The notes under the pieces: generated by a model
Seen by the model: the letters and a program-made list of their open reading frames with translations, nothing else
Told to the model about the DNA's origin: nothing
Database searches by the model: none
Translations under genes and position numbers: made by a program
Shown: positions 36,801 to 52,460 of the stretch, in pieces
Layout of the letters: every line of letters starts with the position of its first letter
Numbering within the stretch: the first letter of the stretch is position 1
Assembly (NCBI RefSeq): GCF_009914755.1
Contig: NC_060936.1
Direction: 5' to 3' (one strand)
Source of the DNA: the human T2T-CHM13v2.0 reference genome, Homo sapiens
Length of the DNA: 64,000 nucleotides

Positions 36801-37685
36801 CTTATTGAAGCTGCAAGTTCAGACATGTACATGAAGACAGATAGTAGCACATAGTTTTCTACATGGAATGTCATGTGTCACTTTAGATATTTCTGCCACT
36901 GCAGGTGTTTTTGGTAGTTCCATTGAAATGGGAGCTTTCTCTTTCCTCGAAGCAACATCTAGTGGCCTTCGTAGGACTCTGAAATCACAAACCGACAGCA
37001 ACCAAACATGAGCCATGATCTACAACCCCGGAGTGTATTGATGAAGCATTTTGATGAACACCAGCAAATGGCATAATGTAATTATTGTTGCTATTAGGTT
37101 ATTATTTATGCCACACGCATGACTCTTGTAGCTGTAGCAAGAGAAGCAGTCGGTATTTTAGTATTACAGCACTCTGGAGATCCTATCAAAAAGCCACGGC
37201 AGCTCCGGCTAGCAAAGACGCGTGGCGGTAACTCAGTGCCGTTACCCACGAAAAGTGGATGTTCAATAATTTAATTCTAAATTTGGTGCTCTACTTGGAA
37301 ACAGAAGATATTAAATACCAGATATATGGATATAATAAAAGCAAAGCAATACGAGGGTAAATTAAGGCAAATCTCACACTCCCTCATTGCTACTGTATAA
37401 TGAGATTGAATGAGCGTCAGGAAATGGTGAGTGAGTCAGCCTGAAGTCTGATTTCACAGAGAATGGGGTTCATCATTCCCCTTGACTGCCAGGCCATATG
37501 CTTGAATTACTGCTGCCTCCTGGCTGAGTTTAAATGTTTCTCAAGGAGGCAATGTAGATAAGCTTACATTTACTGGGGCAAAACTCAGTGCTATCTTAGG
37601 AAGATTCTAAAGCTCTATTCCCCACAATGTCCAGAAAATATCTTTGCATACTTCACCTGAACTTGCATTTCTCAAACACTGGCTT

Positions 37686-37935
37686 TGAACAATGAGAACA
37701 CATGGACACAGGAAGGGGAACATCACACACCGGGGCCTGTCGTGGGGTGGGGGGAGTGGGGAGGGATAGCATTAGGAGATATACCTAATGCTAAATGACG
37801 AGTTGATGGGTGCAGCACACCAGCATGGCCCATGTATACATATGTAACAAACCTGCACATTGTGCACATGTACCCTAAAACTTAAAGTATAATAATAAAA
37901 AGTAAAAAAATAAAAAGGTGAAAAAAAAAGAAAGA
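37686..37935 (+). mobile_element. L1PA3-like 3' end, heavily 5'-truncated
   Basis: tgaacaatgagaacacatggacacagg...taatgctaaatgacgagtt...cctaaaacttaaagtataataa followed by an A-tail. Confidence 0.92.
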
Positions 37936-38439
37936 AACAGCCATGTCCTTATGCCATCTATACCTGTATTAACTCAGTATTTTTCTCTAAAACAACACAT
38001 TGCTGGGGGGTTCTCTTCATAATTACATGAGCGGTAACATATCGTACATGCTACTATTCAAGATTTTCTCCCCGTTCAACATTACAGTTTCAGGTTAATT
38101 TCTTGCTGATATACACAGATCAATGGCATCCCTCATAATTGCTGCATAAAATTTATTACATGAACACAACTTTTTAAAATTAATTCACATCTTGATGGGC
38201 ATTTAGGCTGTTTTTAACTGTCTGCTATTACCAAAAAAACGGCTGCAATTACAGCCCTGTATCCATCTCTCCAGATTGATGGCTAAGCTTTTATCTAGAG
38301 CATATATTTCTAGAACTGTAATTTCAGGGTCACAGGACGCAGGTTTTAAATCTTATTAGCCAGATACTGACAAATATATCTCTAAAGTGGAAGAACCATT
38401 TTACAAATCCCCAGAAGGGTATAAGAGTTCTCTGTTCTT

Positions 38440-38884
<445 letters not shown>

Positions 38885-39894
38885 GGGTTTTTTTTTTTTT
38901 TTTTTTTTTTTTTGCTAATATAATTAATAGAAATGATATCTAGTAGTTCTGAAAACAACATCTTGGTCTGTTGTATCCCTAATGCAGAAGTTATTAAAAC
39001 AAACTTGAATGGAAATGCTTCTGACAGATTCTAAATTTAAACATAATGGGGAAACTTTGTTATCATTGATACAGGCTCGGTATACCACTAATGTGATTCA
39101 TCTTGTACTTTGGCAAATTTAAATTTAGACTCTGGAAATAAAAGCATCCTTCATGGTCTAGGAGGACTTGGGCATGTGTGCTGCATATACTACATGGGTG
39201 CTTTAAGAATCTAAAAATGATGAAGAGATGGGTTTCTTTTAATGGTTCTGTTGATTATTTCAAAGTGTGTGCGCATGTGTGACTGTATTTGATTCTCACA
39301 ACAGTCCAGGGAAGGCTGGCATTGTTATGCCAATATTACAGAAGAGGAAGTTGCTTTTCCTCTCTGGTCATCTGCCAGACAGACATCACTGCGACGCACA
39401 GCATAAAAATGAGAATGAAACATCACATTTTCTGGATCTCACATTTATGTTCTTCCCACTCTCTTTGCGGAATCATCATTCGGATGGTAATACATACAAC
39501 TGTGGTAATCCATAGTCAATAGGGAGGATATGGAAACTATTTAAGGCATCATAAATCACAGTTGCCCACAAAAGGAAAGTCACGCCATTTTGATGACTTC
39601 ATACCACTGTCTCAGGTTTGTTTTTGGTTGGGTGATACTCAGATTCTGGGTCTCAGAAGAGCTGATTGTTTCATTTAGTGGATAACAGCCTGCTGGAAAA
39701 TTAACAAGCATTTCTTTAAGTTTCTAACATACACACAACAACTGTTCTGGTAGCGTGCTAATGTGAGTTTCCCCACCCTATTATATTGTACTGCAAATTT
39801 CTAAGGGATCCTAATAAAGTGAAGGAGGTAGTGAGGTACTATGCTTTTTTCATCATCCTATGGAAATCCCACATGTGTATTCTTTACAAATTGA

Positions 39895-40240
<346 letters not shown>

Positions 40241-40684
40241 TCTTCTTTCTTTAGAACAGAACACTGATTTTGAACTGGGCACACTGCTGGTAATAAATCA
40301 TGTTTCCTACTTTGTTTTGAAGTATGGTTTGGTCATGTGATTAAGTTCTTATCAGTGAGATGCAAGAGAGAGAAATAGGGTTGAAAAGAGCTTCCAGGAA
40401 GGTTGCCTAAAAAGAGTCAACCCAGTTAAGAAGACCCTTTTCTGTCTTTTCTTTTGCCTGCAATGCTGATGCAATGACAGACACTCCTGAAGCAGTCTTG
40501 ATCTATGAGGATGTAAGCCCTCCATTCACATGGTGTTGAAGAAAGAAAGGTGCCTGGGACCCTAGTGATACTGGAGAACTGCCATTCCAGCTGTGGCCAG
40601 CCTTAAGCTTCTTTTATGTGAGAAAGAAAAAACTTCTGTCTTGTTTAAGATATTCCTATTTGTTTCAGAAAACAATCTATTTAA

Positions 40685-40992
40685 GGCTGGGTACGGTGGC
40701 TCATTCCCGTAATCCCAGCACTTTGGGAGGCCAAGGCAGGTAGATTGCTTGGGCTCAGGAGTTTGAGACCAGCTTGGGCAACGGGGCAAAACCTCACCTC
40801 TACTATATATACAAAAATTAGCCAGGTGTGGTGGTGCACGCCTGTAATCCCAGCTACTTGGGTGGCTGAGGCAGAAGAATTGCTTGAACCCAGGAGGCAG
40901 AGGCTGCAGTGAGCCAAGATCGCACCACTGCACTCCGGCTTGGGCAAGAGTGTGAGACCTTGTCTCAGGAAACAAAACAAAATGAAACAAAA
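40685..40992 (+). mobile_element. AluJb/Sz
   Basis: Sense dimeric Alu with (AAAAC)n tail. Confidence 0.92.
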
Positions 40993-43344
40993 CATTTGTT
41001 TTAAAATGAAACGTTATTTACAAAAAATGTAAAATCAGTATTATAATGAACAAATAGATAATTATGAAAATAGATTAAATTTATCTACGTACTCTTGCCT
41101 ATCTATAATGTACCAGCTAAGGATAGAGGCTTTAAAGAGATACTAGCCCTTAAAAGAGATGAACTTCTCTTCAATCAAGTCTTGCTGGAGAACTTAAATA
41201 AATGTAAGTTTCTCTCATTCAAGTATACTGATCCTCCTTTCTACGTGACACCTAAAATCATTTACATATCAACCGTGGTGAGCTTTGGGAAACACTTGTC
41301 TATGGAGAGAACTACAAGGAAATGAGAACATGTGGCTTTTGTTACATATTTATCTAAGTTAACATAGGAGTATACTGAGCAAGATTTTGCAAATGCAAAA
41401 TGCAATTTGATGGACACAGCATAATTGGTTATCCTGCAGGCAACGCTTAGTCAAAACAGTTCTGATAGCTGGGGTAACATTCACATGTTCATACTATTAT
41501 GATCAGATTCTCAGCAACCTAACTTCTTCAAACAGGGAAGGATGCAGTTAAACTTAGATAAGAGATCTTCGCTCACTCCTGGTGAGTTCATCACTAGCAC
41601 AAAAGTGTCTCCTTAATACACAAAATTAAACCTGTCACAGTGACTTAACTTCATTAACACAACTTCCTGATCCATGGCAAATTATTAGCAATACAAAATC
41701 TATGACTCTCAAGCTAATTAACACTGCTTCTTTTGCATTATGATGATCAGATTCTGACTTTTAAGAATAACTGGAAAACACTCAAAGAGGGTAGGAGGAA
41801 ATTATAAAGCAAAACAGCTTCTGAAGCAAAACCTACCAATATTATTAAAACATCTACTCTATAATCCATTTTCCAATTATCCTTAAGAAAAACACATCTC
41901 AACGCAGTCCATTCACTATCTGTAATCACGGAGCATGATTTCTCTTTGTTTAATTCTCCAAAGGCAGAAGTAAAATGAAAAGTTTCAAAGCGAGGATAAA
42001 AGTTGAATATATGAATGAATACATCGTATTTTAAAAATCTCTATTTTAGTTGCAGATGTCTTATGAAATAGGTAATACATGCACACAGCAAAAAAAAAAA
42101 AAAAAAAATCAAACAGTTCAAATGGTTCACTGTAAAAAGTAATTTACATTCAGCCTTTTCTCCCAGCTTCCCAGTTCTCTCCAGTAGAAATCGCAGTTGC
42201 CAGTCCTTTGTGTAGACTTCTTGGGACATAGTGTGCTCACAAAAGTACCCTTCTCTGGGTTTCCCCAAATGCAGCATTATACATGCAGCTATGCACCTTA
42301 CTTTTTGAACAAGCATACAGAAAACCACTAAATATGTGTGCATACAAATTTGTATCATAATACATACATACCAGAGATATGGCCTAATTCTAGAACAAAT
42401 TATCAAATTGAACAAATATTTATAGACAGCCCACTGTGTGCCAGACACTGCTGTATGAGCTGGAGCATAACTGGAAAAACACCTGCTCCCAAAACTATAA
42501 GACTTCCGTTCTAGAGCTTCCTCATTAAGCAAAGCCTTCCTAGCTACTGTGTAAAATCCCTACCTCAACACATTTGTCTATCAACAAAACACCTGTAAAA
42601 TGTACATCTATATGCATGCATGCATTTGCATACCTATATCACATATATGTGTTCTATATGCATATATAATATGCTGTATGCATGTACACACATATAACAT
42701 ATTATACACATATAACATATTGTGTGTGTGTGTGTCTGTATGTGTATAACCTTTTTCCATCATCCAGACCCATAGTATGAGGAAACATATCCTGGCCTCC
42801 AGAAGACAAGAAGAAAAAAGATTAAAAAGGAAACAGAAAACTGGCATCAGAATCTACAAAGAGATAAGGAATGGTCTTCACTTAGAATGAAGAATTAGGG
42901 CTTTTAAAAGAAGAGCTTTATATTCTATTCAGGGTCCTTGTTTCTTAAAGAAGATACTGACACAGATGAAAGAAAAATAAATGGCATCCACCATGCATTT
43001 CTGCATTTGGATGTCCTCTGAATGTGCTGAGATTCTGGAAGCCTCTGGAACTATAAAAAGGCAGCTTACATTTCAATGGGAAGGAGCCACCATTGGGCCC
43101 CCCCATGCTCTCTCTCTGTGTCCAAGATGAACTGAACTATTTGTCAGAAGTTAACAATAAAAAGGGCACAAATATTTTCTAATGGTTCAACTCCCTCAGT
43201 CTCTCATAGACAAGACTACAACTACTGCTTCTACTAATACGTAAAAAGAGATGGCAAAAGAAATCACAAGAGAAAATGAAAGTTCACCGGTTGAGATTCT
43301 TTCCCCTAAATTTATTATTTTCTTCTGATAAAGAATAAACACAT

Positions 43345-43450
43345 CTATTCATCCACCCTCTCATCCATCCACTCATCCATCCATCCATTTGCCCATCAAT
43401 CTATCCATTCCTCCATCCGTCTACCTATCCGTCCACCCCCGTGTCCATCT
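43345..43450. repeat. Degenerate (TCCA)n
   Basis: Directly visible. Confidence 0.85.
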
Positions 43451-44716
43451 CTCCCAATTTTTGCTAACTACAAAACACAAAAGAAATATTTTATTGAGAT
43501 AGCACCTGATTTCCAAATTATATTACTGGTACAGATGTGTTTCAATTTGTGTATCTATAAGTTCACCCAGTTCACCAGTATGGCACACTATCACTACATA
43601 AACATATCACTACATACATATCTAGGACTGAACTCAAATACAGATTTTCTCTTTTCCCTCTCATTTGCTGTACAAGCAAATCTTCAAGAATAAAAAGGAA
43701 AGGCCCAAACGAGAGCTGCTGATAATCCAAATTCCTAAAAACCAACATCGAGCAAAGAAGTACAGAAAAGAATCCAAATCAAATCATCCCCACATTGGTT
43801 TCAAATGCTCCTTGATCATAAGCCAAAAAAAATCATAATAGTTATCAGCTGAGATTCCTGAGCTCCCTGCTAGAATAAATAATAAAAAATAAGGATATTT
43901 TCCAAACACTGAGCTAGGAAGTTTAAAAATGCACTCCAGAAATAATGCATGGCATATCGGAATTCCTCCTTTCATTATTGTTGAAATTTTCAATAGAATC
44001 CTGAGCAAAAAGCAACATACAGGTGACAAAAATATGTGACCAGACTAGGAAACCCCCAGAGCCACAAATGAGATTTCAGGAAAGTGCAATAAAACAAGAA
44101 CTACTGAGTTTCCGAGCCTCCCTTTGCCCAGCTGTGAATTGATTGTTTCTAATTTGGTGGCTATCAGAGACAGATTCAGGTTTTAATTTCTCCCTAGAGT
44201 GATCCACAATTCCCTGCAATTCTACTGCAGATAGTTCACTGTACCATCAGAAAATGCCTGCCCGTGAATACAATCATATGCATTGTATTTAAATATACAC
44301 TGCAAACGTGGAATGCACCCGTGTGAAGAGAGACGTATAGGCTCTGGTTTCTAACACTTGCAAAATGGGCCGTTTCATGAGACATGCAGAGTTTCAGTTC
44401 CTCCAATAACATGGACTAGAAAGAGGTCATGTTGAAGAGGAACATGGTTTGTGGGTCAATTCCATCTGCATGGTGCAGTCCTTGCAGGTGATACGGTGCT
44501 CTGCTGGGGTTTTAAGTAGGTCTGCTGTGAATAACAGCCCACCTTTCCCAAATGAAAGATTCCATTCATCTACCTGGAGGCCCTGATAGAATAGACGACA
44601 CACACCAAATGCAAACCACAGTGGAAATGGTTGTTAGCAATCTAGGAAAAAAAAAAAAAAAAAATCAGGCCACATTTGCAGCTGATCTGAATATATCGGA
44701 GGCCAGTTGGGACTCA

Positions 44717-44893
<177 letters not shown>

Positions 44894-45384
44894 TCAGCTC
44901 TGGGGAATCCCCGGGTCATGCTGGTTCTGGGAACACGGGGAGCTTAATTGCTCACCGTTGCCTGGCAGGTGTAAGCTCATGTATACTAGGATTTAAACAC
45001 AAATTTGCAGTCGCCTTCCAACCCATCTGCCCTAATTTCTTTCCGTTTTTCCTACCTTTACTAAAGAGCTAGAGATGGTAGACTGACAGCCAGCAAACAT
45101 TAGTTAAAGAAAGAAATAGAATATCCTTGCACTAGCTTGTATCTTTAAATAAAGCCAAGCCAAACACAAACACAGAACTACCTGAAAACCCTTAGCCTGG
45201 CCAAACTCAATAGAAAAAGGCAATGAAAATGCAAAAGTAAAGACTGAAATAAGAACGCACATTCATTGAATGTCTCCCAGTGCCAGGCACTGATGGACAC
45301 TGTGTCTATATTATCTGATCTTCCTAGCAAGGTTCCAAGCCCAAAATGAGGGGGCTGAGGTTCAGATAGGGGAAGGAACAATGA

Positions 45385-45806
<422 letters not shown>

Positions 45807-46369
45807 CTAATGTTTCCTGCTGTGTTTTCTCTTAGTCCCTCAGCGGAAAATAGGAAAAGTCTTGAAGCGAGAGTACCAAGGGGAACCTGGAGCACGCTGA
45901 TGGTACCTGACCTAGGCAGACGAGGATGGTGGGGGCGGCCGACTTGGAGTTCCTCCAGACTTGTAATCATTGTGCCTATATAAACACGCAGTAAGGCAAT
46001 GGTGCCAGAGCCTACATCTCAAAATCCCTCTCTGTCATGCCAGAGGAGAAAGTGAGACCATCTTCTGCTATTAATATTAGGGACAAAAGGCGAGGGGGAG
46101 ATGACACTCATAGGACCAGGGCTTTGAGAAAAAGCAGGACACGTCTGTCCCTAACACCAACAACGCTATTTCCCATGGAAACAATTTTAAAATGTAGTGT
46201 GCAGAAAAGACCTGAGGCTGCAGGCTTGAGACTGCCCTCCTTAGGAAAGCCTGCTGGCAAGGGTGGCTGGGAACTTGGATTTGGGGAGCGTTCCCTCCCT
46301 TTTCATGGTCAGAGGGGCTCACGGTGCCTAGACTGGGCAAATGAGGTGGTTTATGCTGGACACTTTGTT

Positions 46370-46721
46370 GTCTTCTAGGAGCATAGAATTTTGGTACGTG
46401 CCAGGCAGAGGGTGCCCCCATGAGCAATCCCCAGTGAAAACCCTGAACTCCTGGGCTCAGGTGAGCTCCTCTGGCAGTGCTGTCCCAGCCATATGCTGGA
46501 GGAATTGGAGGAATTAAGCACATCCTGCGTGACTCCACGGGGAGAGGATTCCTGGGAGCGTGAGCCTGGTCTCCTCCCCTGTGCCTTTTCCCTCTGCGGA
46601 CCATGCTTTGCTTTCCTTGGCGAATACATCGGAGCAGTGATTCTCACCACATGCTGAGTCCTGTGAGTTCTCCTAGTGACTCGCTGGACCTGGGGGTGGT
46701 CTTAGGAACCCCCAGGACACA
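46370..46721 (+). mobile_element. MER21C-like LTR, 3' part
   Basis: ggaattaagcacatcctgcgtgactccacgggagagga...tgctgagtcctgtgagttctcctagtga...gggtggtcttaggaacccc..gacaca. Confidence 0.7.
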
Positions 46722-49424
46722 TACTGATTTGGCGAGTCCACAAAGAGAGAAAGAATTGCTTCTAGGTGTGGCCCTACTGCAAAAGTCAGCATTTTTAGAA
46801 AATGATCATCACGTATAACATTATTTCTGTGGGGAAAATGCACGTTTGATGTTTTAAATAATCATTATGCATGCAAACACTTTGAATGCAGTCGTTTAAA
46901 AACTGGAAATCGCATGCAGACGCCAAAAAGCCATCTGACCTTTCTAGATACTCAGGTGAGACACTGGGCGAATAGTTAGGATTCCTGCCTTGCAGAAACT
47001 CATTTAAATTGTAGGCAACCAAGATGTGGTAGCGAACAAAAGTACAATCCGCTGTGGACAGCTACTATTATACTAAGATGAATTCTAAAGGCTGTCCCAA
47101 TTACTCTGCAGTGGAATTTTATTGAATCAACATTGCTTTAAATAAATAGGTCATCAACCTGGCTGTGACAACCTTTTCATTATACAGGAGATATCAGTAC
47201 ATAGGCCTTTTCTGATATATAATGGGCTTATATGTTTCTGAAATTTTATTCATAAGTAGGCTATGTGGAATTCAGATGATGTTTCTCCAATGAATCCTTT
47301 TCAAGTTCTTAAGAAAGGACACAGTGGCTTGTTCAACCCATGAAGTATTCAACATTTCTTGCTAATAATTCCACTGTAGCAAATGAAGCTATAGTCGGTA
47401 GCATTATTTCTGCAAAAATGTTTTTTCCTGGAATTTTATACAGGACACTGGGAACTGTCTTTCAGAGACAGAACATTTTCATAATAGAACACACATTTCT
47501 AGGGCATGTTTTAGATGTTCAGAATTGAAGAAGGCATACTCAAGAGGTATCCTTGTGTGTGAATATCAAGGAAAATCTATGTAATAAACTGGATGGTCAT
47601 TCTTCGGAGATGTAGACACGGTATTTACTGAACACGGTGTGTGTTGGGTTAATAATTTTGAAGCACGAATCTCAGAGCTGTCAGTGGCACCATTTGGAAC
47701 CATTAAAGTAGTTCCTAGAACACATGCCCCTGGGCTCCACTGGGTCTGAGCCAAATACTAATTTCTCCCTTTGTTTATGACAACTGAGTTACTTACATTC
47801 ATTAATGGAAGTTTTATAACCTACTTGTGGTTCAATAAATACAGGTTACACTGACAGCCTCATTACACAGAGATAAACATAGCACTTGATTTTGAAGATA
47901 CTTTGCTGTAGATTTATGCTTAATAATATATCTACCATGGTGATGGGGGAAAGCCATAATTTTCCCCATAGTATGCACATGCACTGTGATTGGGTATCAA
48001 CAAAACCTGCCTGGGGTTAAAGGTATATTGTGTTTTTAAAACATAATAGAACTGCAGGGACTGTGTATATTTTATATACATATATATAAAAATATATAAA
48101 TGCAATGTGTATATACATATATGTATACATAATGTAGAATATGTATATATTATCAACACACACACACAGAGTTTCAAGTACAGCATCCAGGGTTCAGAAA
48201 TGTGGTGCGCAATTGTTGCTTTTGCTCCCCATACCCAATCTCTTTCCTGGATAGCAGTATCTTCATTTTGCTTATATGACCCACCTCTCTGCCATTCTAT
48301 ACCACCATGGTAGACTTGTAAGCCAAGAGTTTCTCCCTCCAACCCTGGACAAAAGGTGGACACATGACCTAAGCCAGTCCAGCTGAAAGATTCTCTCTGG
48401 AATATAATCTTGAACAAAGAGACACAGCAAATAAAAAAGGTTGGGGGAAATTCACCCAGCCTTGTGGCCCTGCTACAACTGTCTATTGCTTCCTTCTCTC
48501 TGGTTTGCAGGAATTAACACAGCTAACATTTCTGAATCTGGTTCTCAGCCTTCCCTTTAGGCATACAAATATTCCCCATCCTCCCATCCAGTCCCTCTTG
48601 TTTAACGTAGCCTGAGTTATTTATGATCATTTCCAATTATATAACAAGGGGAGGCTAAGATTCAGTGACTTCAAGAACAAGGAAGTGTATTTCCTCCTCC
48701 TGTGAACATCCATTGCTGGTAACCCAGGTTGTTGGGTGTCTCTGTTCCACTCAGTCATTTGGGGATCAAGGCTGAAGGCATCTCTACTGTTTTTAATGTA
48801 TAACTTCTAATGTCTCTGTGCTCATGACCATCCCAGCCAAGAGGAAGAGGGAAGAGCAGTAGACCAGAACAAGGGATTTCCTCTTAAGCAGGTGAGGTGG
48901 GCACTGCATGCCCAAATTCACTCACCTCCCATTGGAAGGAGCCTAGTCTCATGGCCACACCTGACTGCAAGAGCAGCGAGTGCTGGGAAGTCAGTCTTTA
49001 CCTGGACAGCCGTATCCCCACTGTGACCCTGTCACTATAGTGGAAAGAGAGATGGATTTGGATGGAGGATTTGCATCTCCCTCCACCACAACCACCAGGG
49101 GACTCCAAATGATGGGATGTGTCAGCCTCCTAAAGTCTATAAATTTGAGTTCATTCTCCAAAGCACTGTGTACAGAGACTTAGGCTGATGACAACATTGC
49201 CCCAAAGAGAAACTCCCTACTTACGCAATCTTGTCAGTGGAAGTGTTCTTAATATGCAACCTGAATACAGGCATATTCATGTATGAAATTCACACTGGGG
49301 CTATTGAACTAATACAAATGTGTGCTATAAAGAACACATAGAGACAGAAAGCAAAATTGATGAGATAAAAGTGGGATAAAGGGGAATTTCAGTGTTTTGT
49401 TTGTTGGGAGATTCATTTAAGATC

Positions 49425-49426
<2 letters not shown>

Positions 49427-49457
<31 letters not shown>
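49427..49457. repeat. (TG)n microsatellite, about 15 units
   Basis: Directly visible. Confidence 0.97.
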
Positions 49458-49458
<1 letters not shown>

Positions 49459-50520
49459 GTTAGAAAAAAATGAAAGAGGAAGAGAGAGCAAAGAGAAAGG
49501 AAGGGGGGCAGGGAGAGAAGTTTTGCTATATAGAGTTCAAAGCCCAAGAAGAGAAATTTGGATTGTGTGTAAGTCTCAGGCTATTTGTTTATAATGAACA
49601 TAGTCCTGTTAGAAACTATTATTGGCTAATCAGCTATCCGCAGGCTAATACTGGCTTTAATCAATAACTGACTGTAGAATTCCAGGGAATTGGAGGAAGG
49701 AAGATACGAAGAGATCCAAACTTCTGGACTGCTTCTCTCACTTCTGAAATGAAAGATTTGTCTACATGTGTCTCCCCCAGAGATTCCTGTGGCCACATAG
49801 TCTCTGCATAGATCAAATCCTGGTAAAATCTGATATCTCCATTTTTGAGTCCATATAGGCTCAATCTATGGAACAATACACAGTGTGCACCCACCAAAGG
49901 GTGCCACACTCCTACGCATGTAGATTTGGTGATAGCATTCCTCCCAGTTAATTGATGGAAACATGCCCTTTGGGGTCACAGCAAAGCTTTTTTGAATTGC
50001 TCTTTGTCTCCATACTTACTTTCTCTCATTAATAGTGACAGAGCATAAAATAAGCTTCATTTTTTTTATAGGTCATAGCTCTATTAACATATTTTGCAGT
50101 CACTCTTGGCTTCTAATTTCCAGTTGACCAGAAAAACAAATTTATGGAAACGCTACTTTCCACTACATCAACATGTTGATATATCACATAACATTTTGCT
50201 TATATGATGAAGCACTTCCAGCCCGATCTGGACGTCTTGGCCCTGCCCTCGCCAGCAGTTACATGGATATGCCTGCTTACGATGCCACTGTCAGTATTTT
50301 AGGAATCATGTCCCACTTTTCACTTTGGGAGACACTAGGTCCCTCTTTCTATTACTGGAATATATTTGCTAAGTCTCCTTACTTTGTGACTATTCCACTA
50401 TAGCCAGTTAAAGACCAACAGTGACGCAGAAGAAAGAGCTAAGCCTAAAGTAACAATGTGAATGATATGTTTCCAACTTCTTTGTCATGCACCCCTATCA
50501 GTAAAAATATTTTCATATGC

Positions 50521-50948
<428 letters not shown>

Positions 50949-52460
50949 CTAAAAATAATCAGTTGCCAAGTCCTGATTTTAGTTGATCCTCCAATGAATC
51001 ATTTTACATTCCCCTTAGGATGTGCTCACCCCACGATAAAGGAGACACTTGAATCCCCTAGACCCTTTAATTCCCAAGAACGGGGTGCATGACACACAGC
51101 AGCGGCAGCCATGTGACAAGGAAGCTCAGCTCTAAGTGTTCATGTCAATATTCACATGGGGCTTAAATGCTCCTGCCAGCTCTAAGTGTTCATACCTTCA
51201 CTTGTACAAGGGAATCTGTTTTCCCACTGCCCTTCTGGTGGGTAAAGTTAAATTTAGAAGTAAGACCTGTGACTTCAATGCAACCCATTTTTGCTGTCTT
51301 GCTAACTGTGAGGCATTACAAGGGCTCTAAACGGACATAAGGAAGTAGAGAACAGTTCGAGGAGACCAAAGAGAAGAGGAATTGGTTCACAGAAGAAATG
51401 GGGGGTCTCCACACCCCCACAGGGAAAAGCCAAGAATGCGGAAGCATGGGGGTGTGGCCTCCACTGCACTGAGGGAAAATGATGAGAACAGTTTTCAGTA
51501 ACTGGTGGATTAATAGAACATTAAAATCCCTAGAAGCAAAGCTCAGCCTGTCATTAATTAGAAAGCACAAAATACACTAACGTTGAAAACTCAAACTGCA
51601 GAGTCCTGGCCTCATCGACGCGGCACACAGGCCAGGTGCTGCCAAAGACAAATCTTGACTTTTATGTGAAATTCCAACATTTGAAGACACTGTCCAAGAC
51701 AAAAAGACATCTAAAGATTTAAAGCAGAGCGATGTCCTCTGTCACTTCTGAGATTTACGTGAGCTGTAAATGAGGAAGTTAAATATCTTCAGAATGAATG
51801 AATGCCTGAATCAATGGACACACACAAAGATACAAGGAAGAAAGCAAACAAAAACAAAAACAAAAAAACTCCCTAACTTCCATCACTTTACACCTAAGCT
51901 ATCCATAATTTAGTCATCATTCTTCTGTGTACGTTTCCACACCCAGTCTATAATTTTATATAAATAGGATCATGCCGAGGGCTGCCATATGGCCATGCAA
52001 CTTGTGACTGGCTAACCCCAGGAGGCTTTATTCATATAGAGTATGATATGAATGGGGCCTCATACAGTGGAGCAGTGTACAACCTGCACAGCTGTGCACA
52101 GTAGCTGTGATGACAGTAGTCCCACTCTATCCTTGGAGGATACAGTCCAAGACCCCCAGTGGATGTATGAAACCATGGATAGTACTAAACCCTATACATA
52201 CTATGTTTTTTTTCTACACATACCTATGATAAATTAATTTATAAATTAGACACAGGAGGAGATTAACAATAATAACTAATAATAAAATAGAACAATTATG
52301 AAAATATACTGCAATACAAGTTATGGCAATGCGGTCTCTCTCAAAATACCTTCTTGCACTGTATTCACCCTTTTTCTTAGGATGACGATGAGAGGTAATA
52401 AAATTTCTGCACAATGAGATGAAGGGAGGTGACTGGCACAGGCCCTGTGATGCAGCATTC

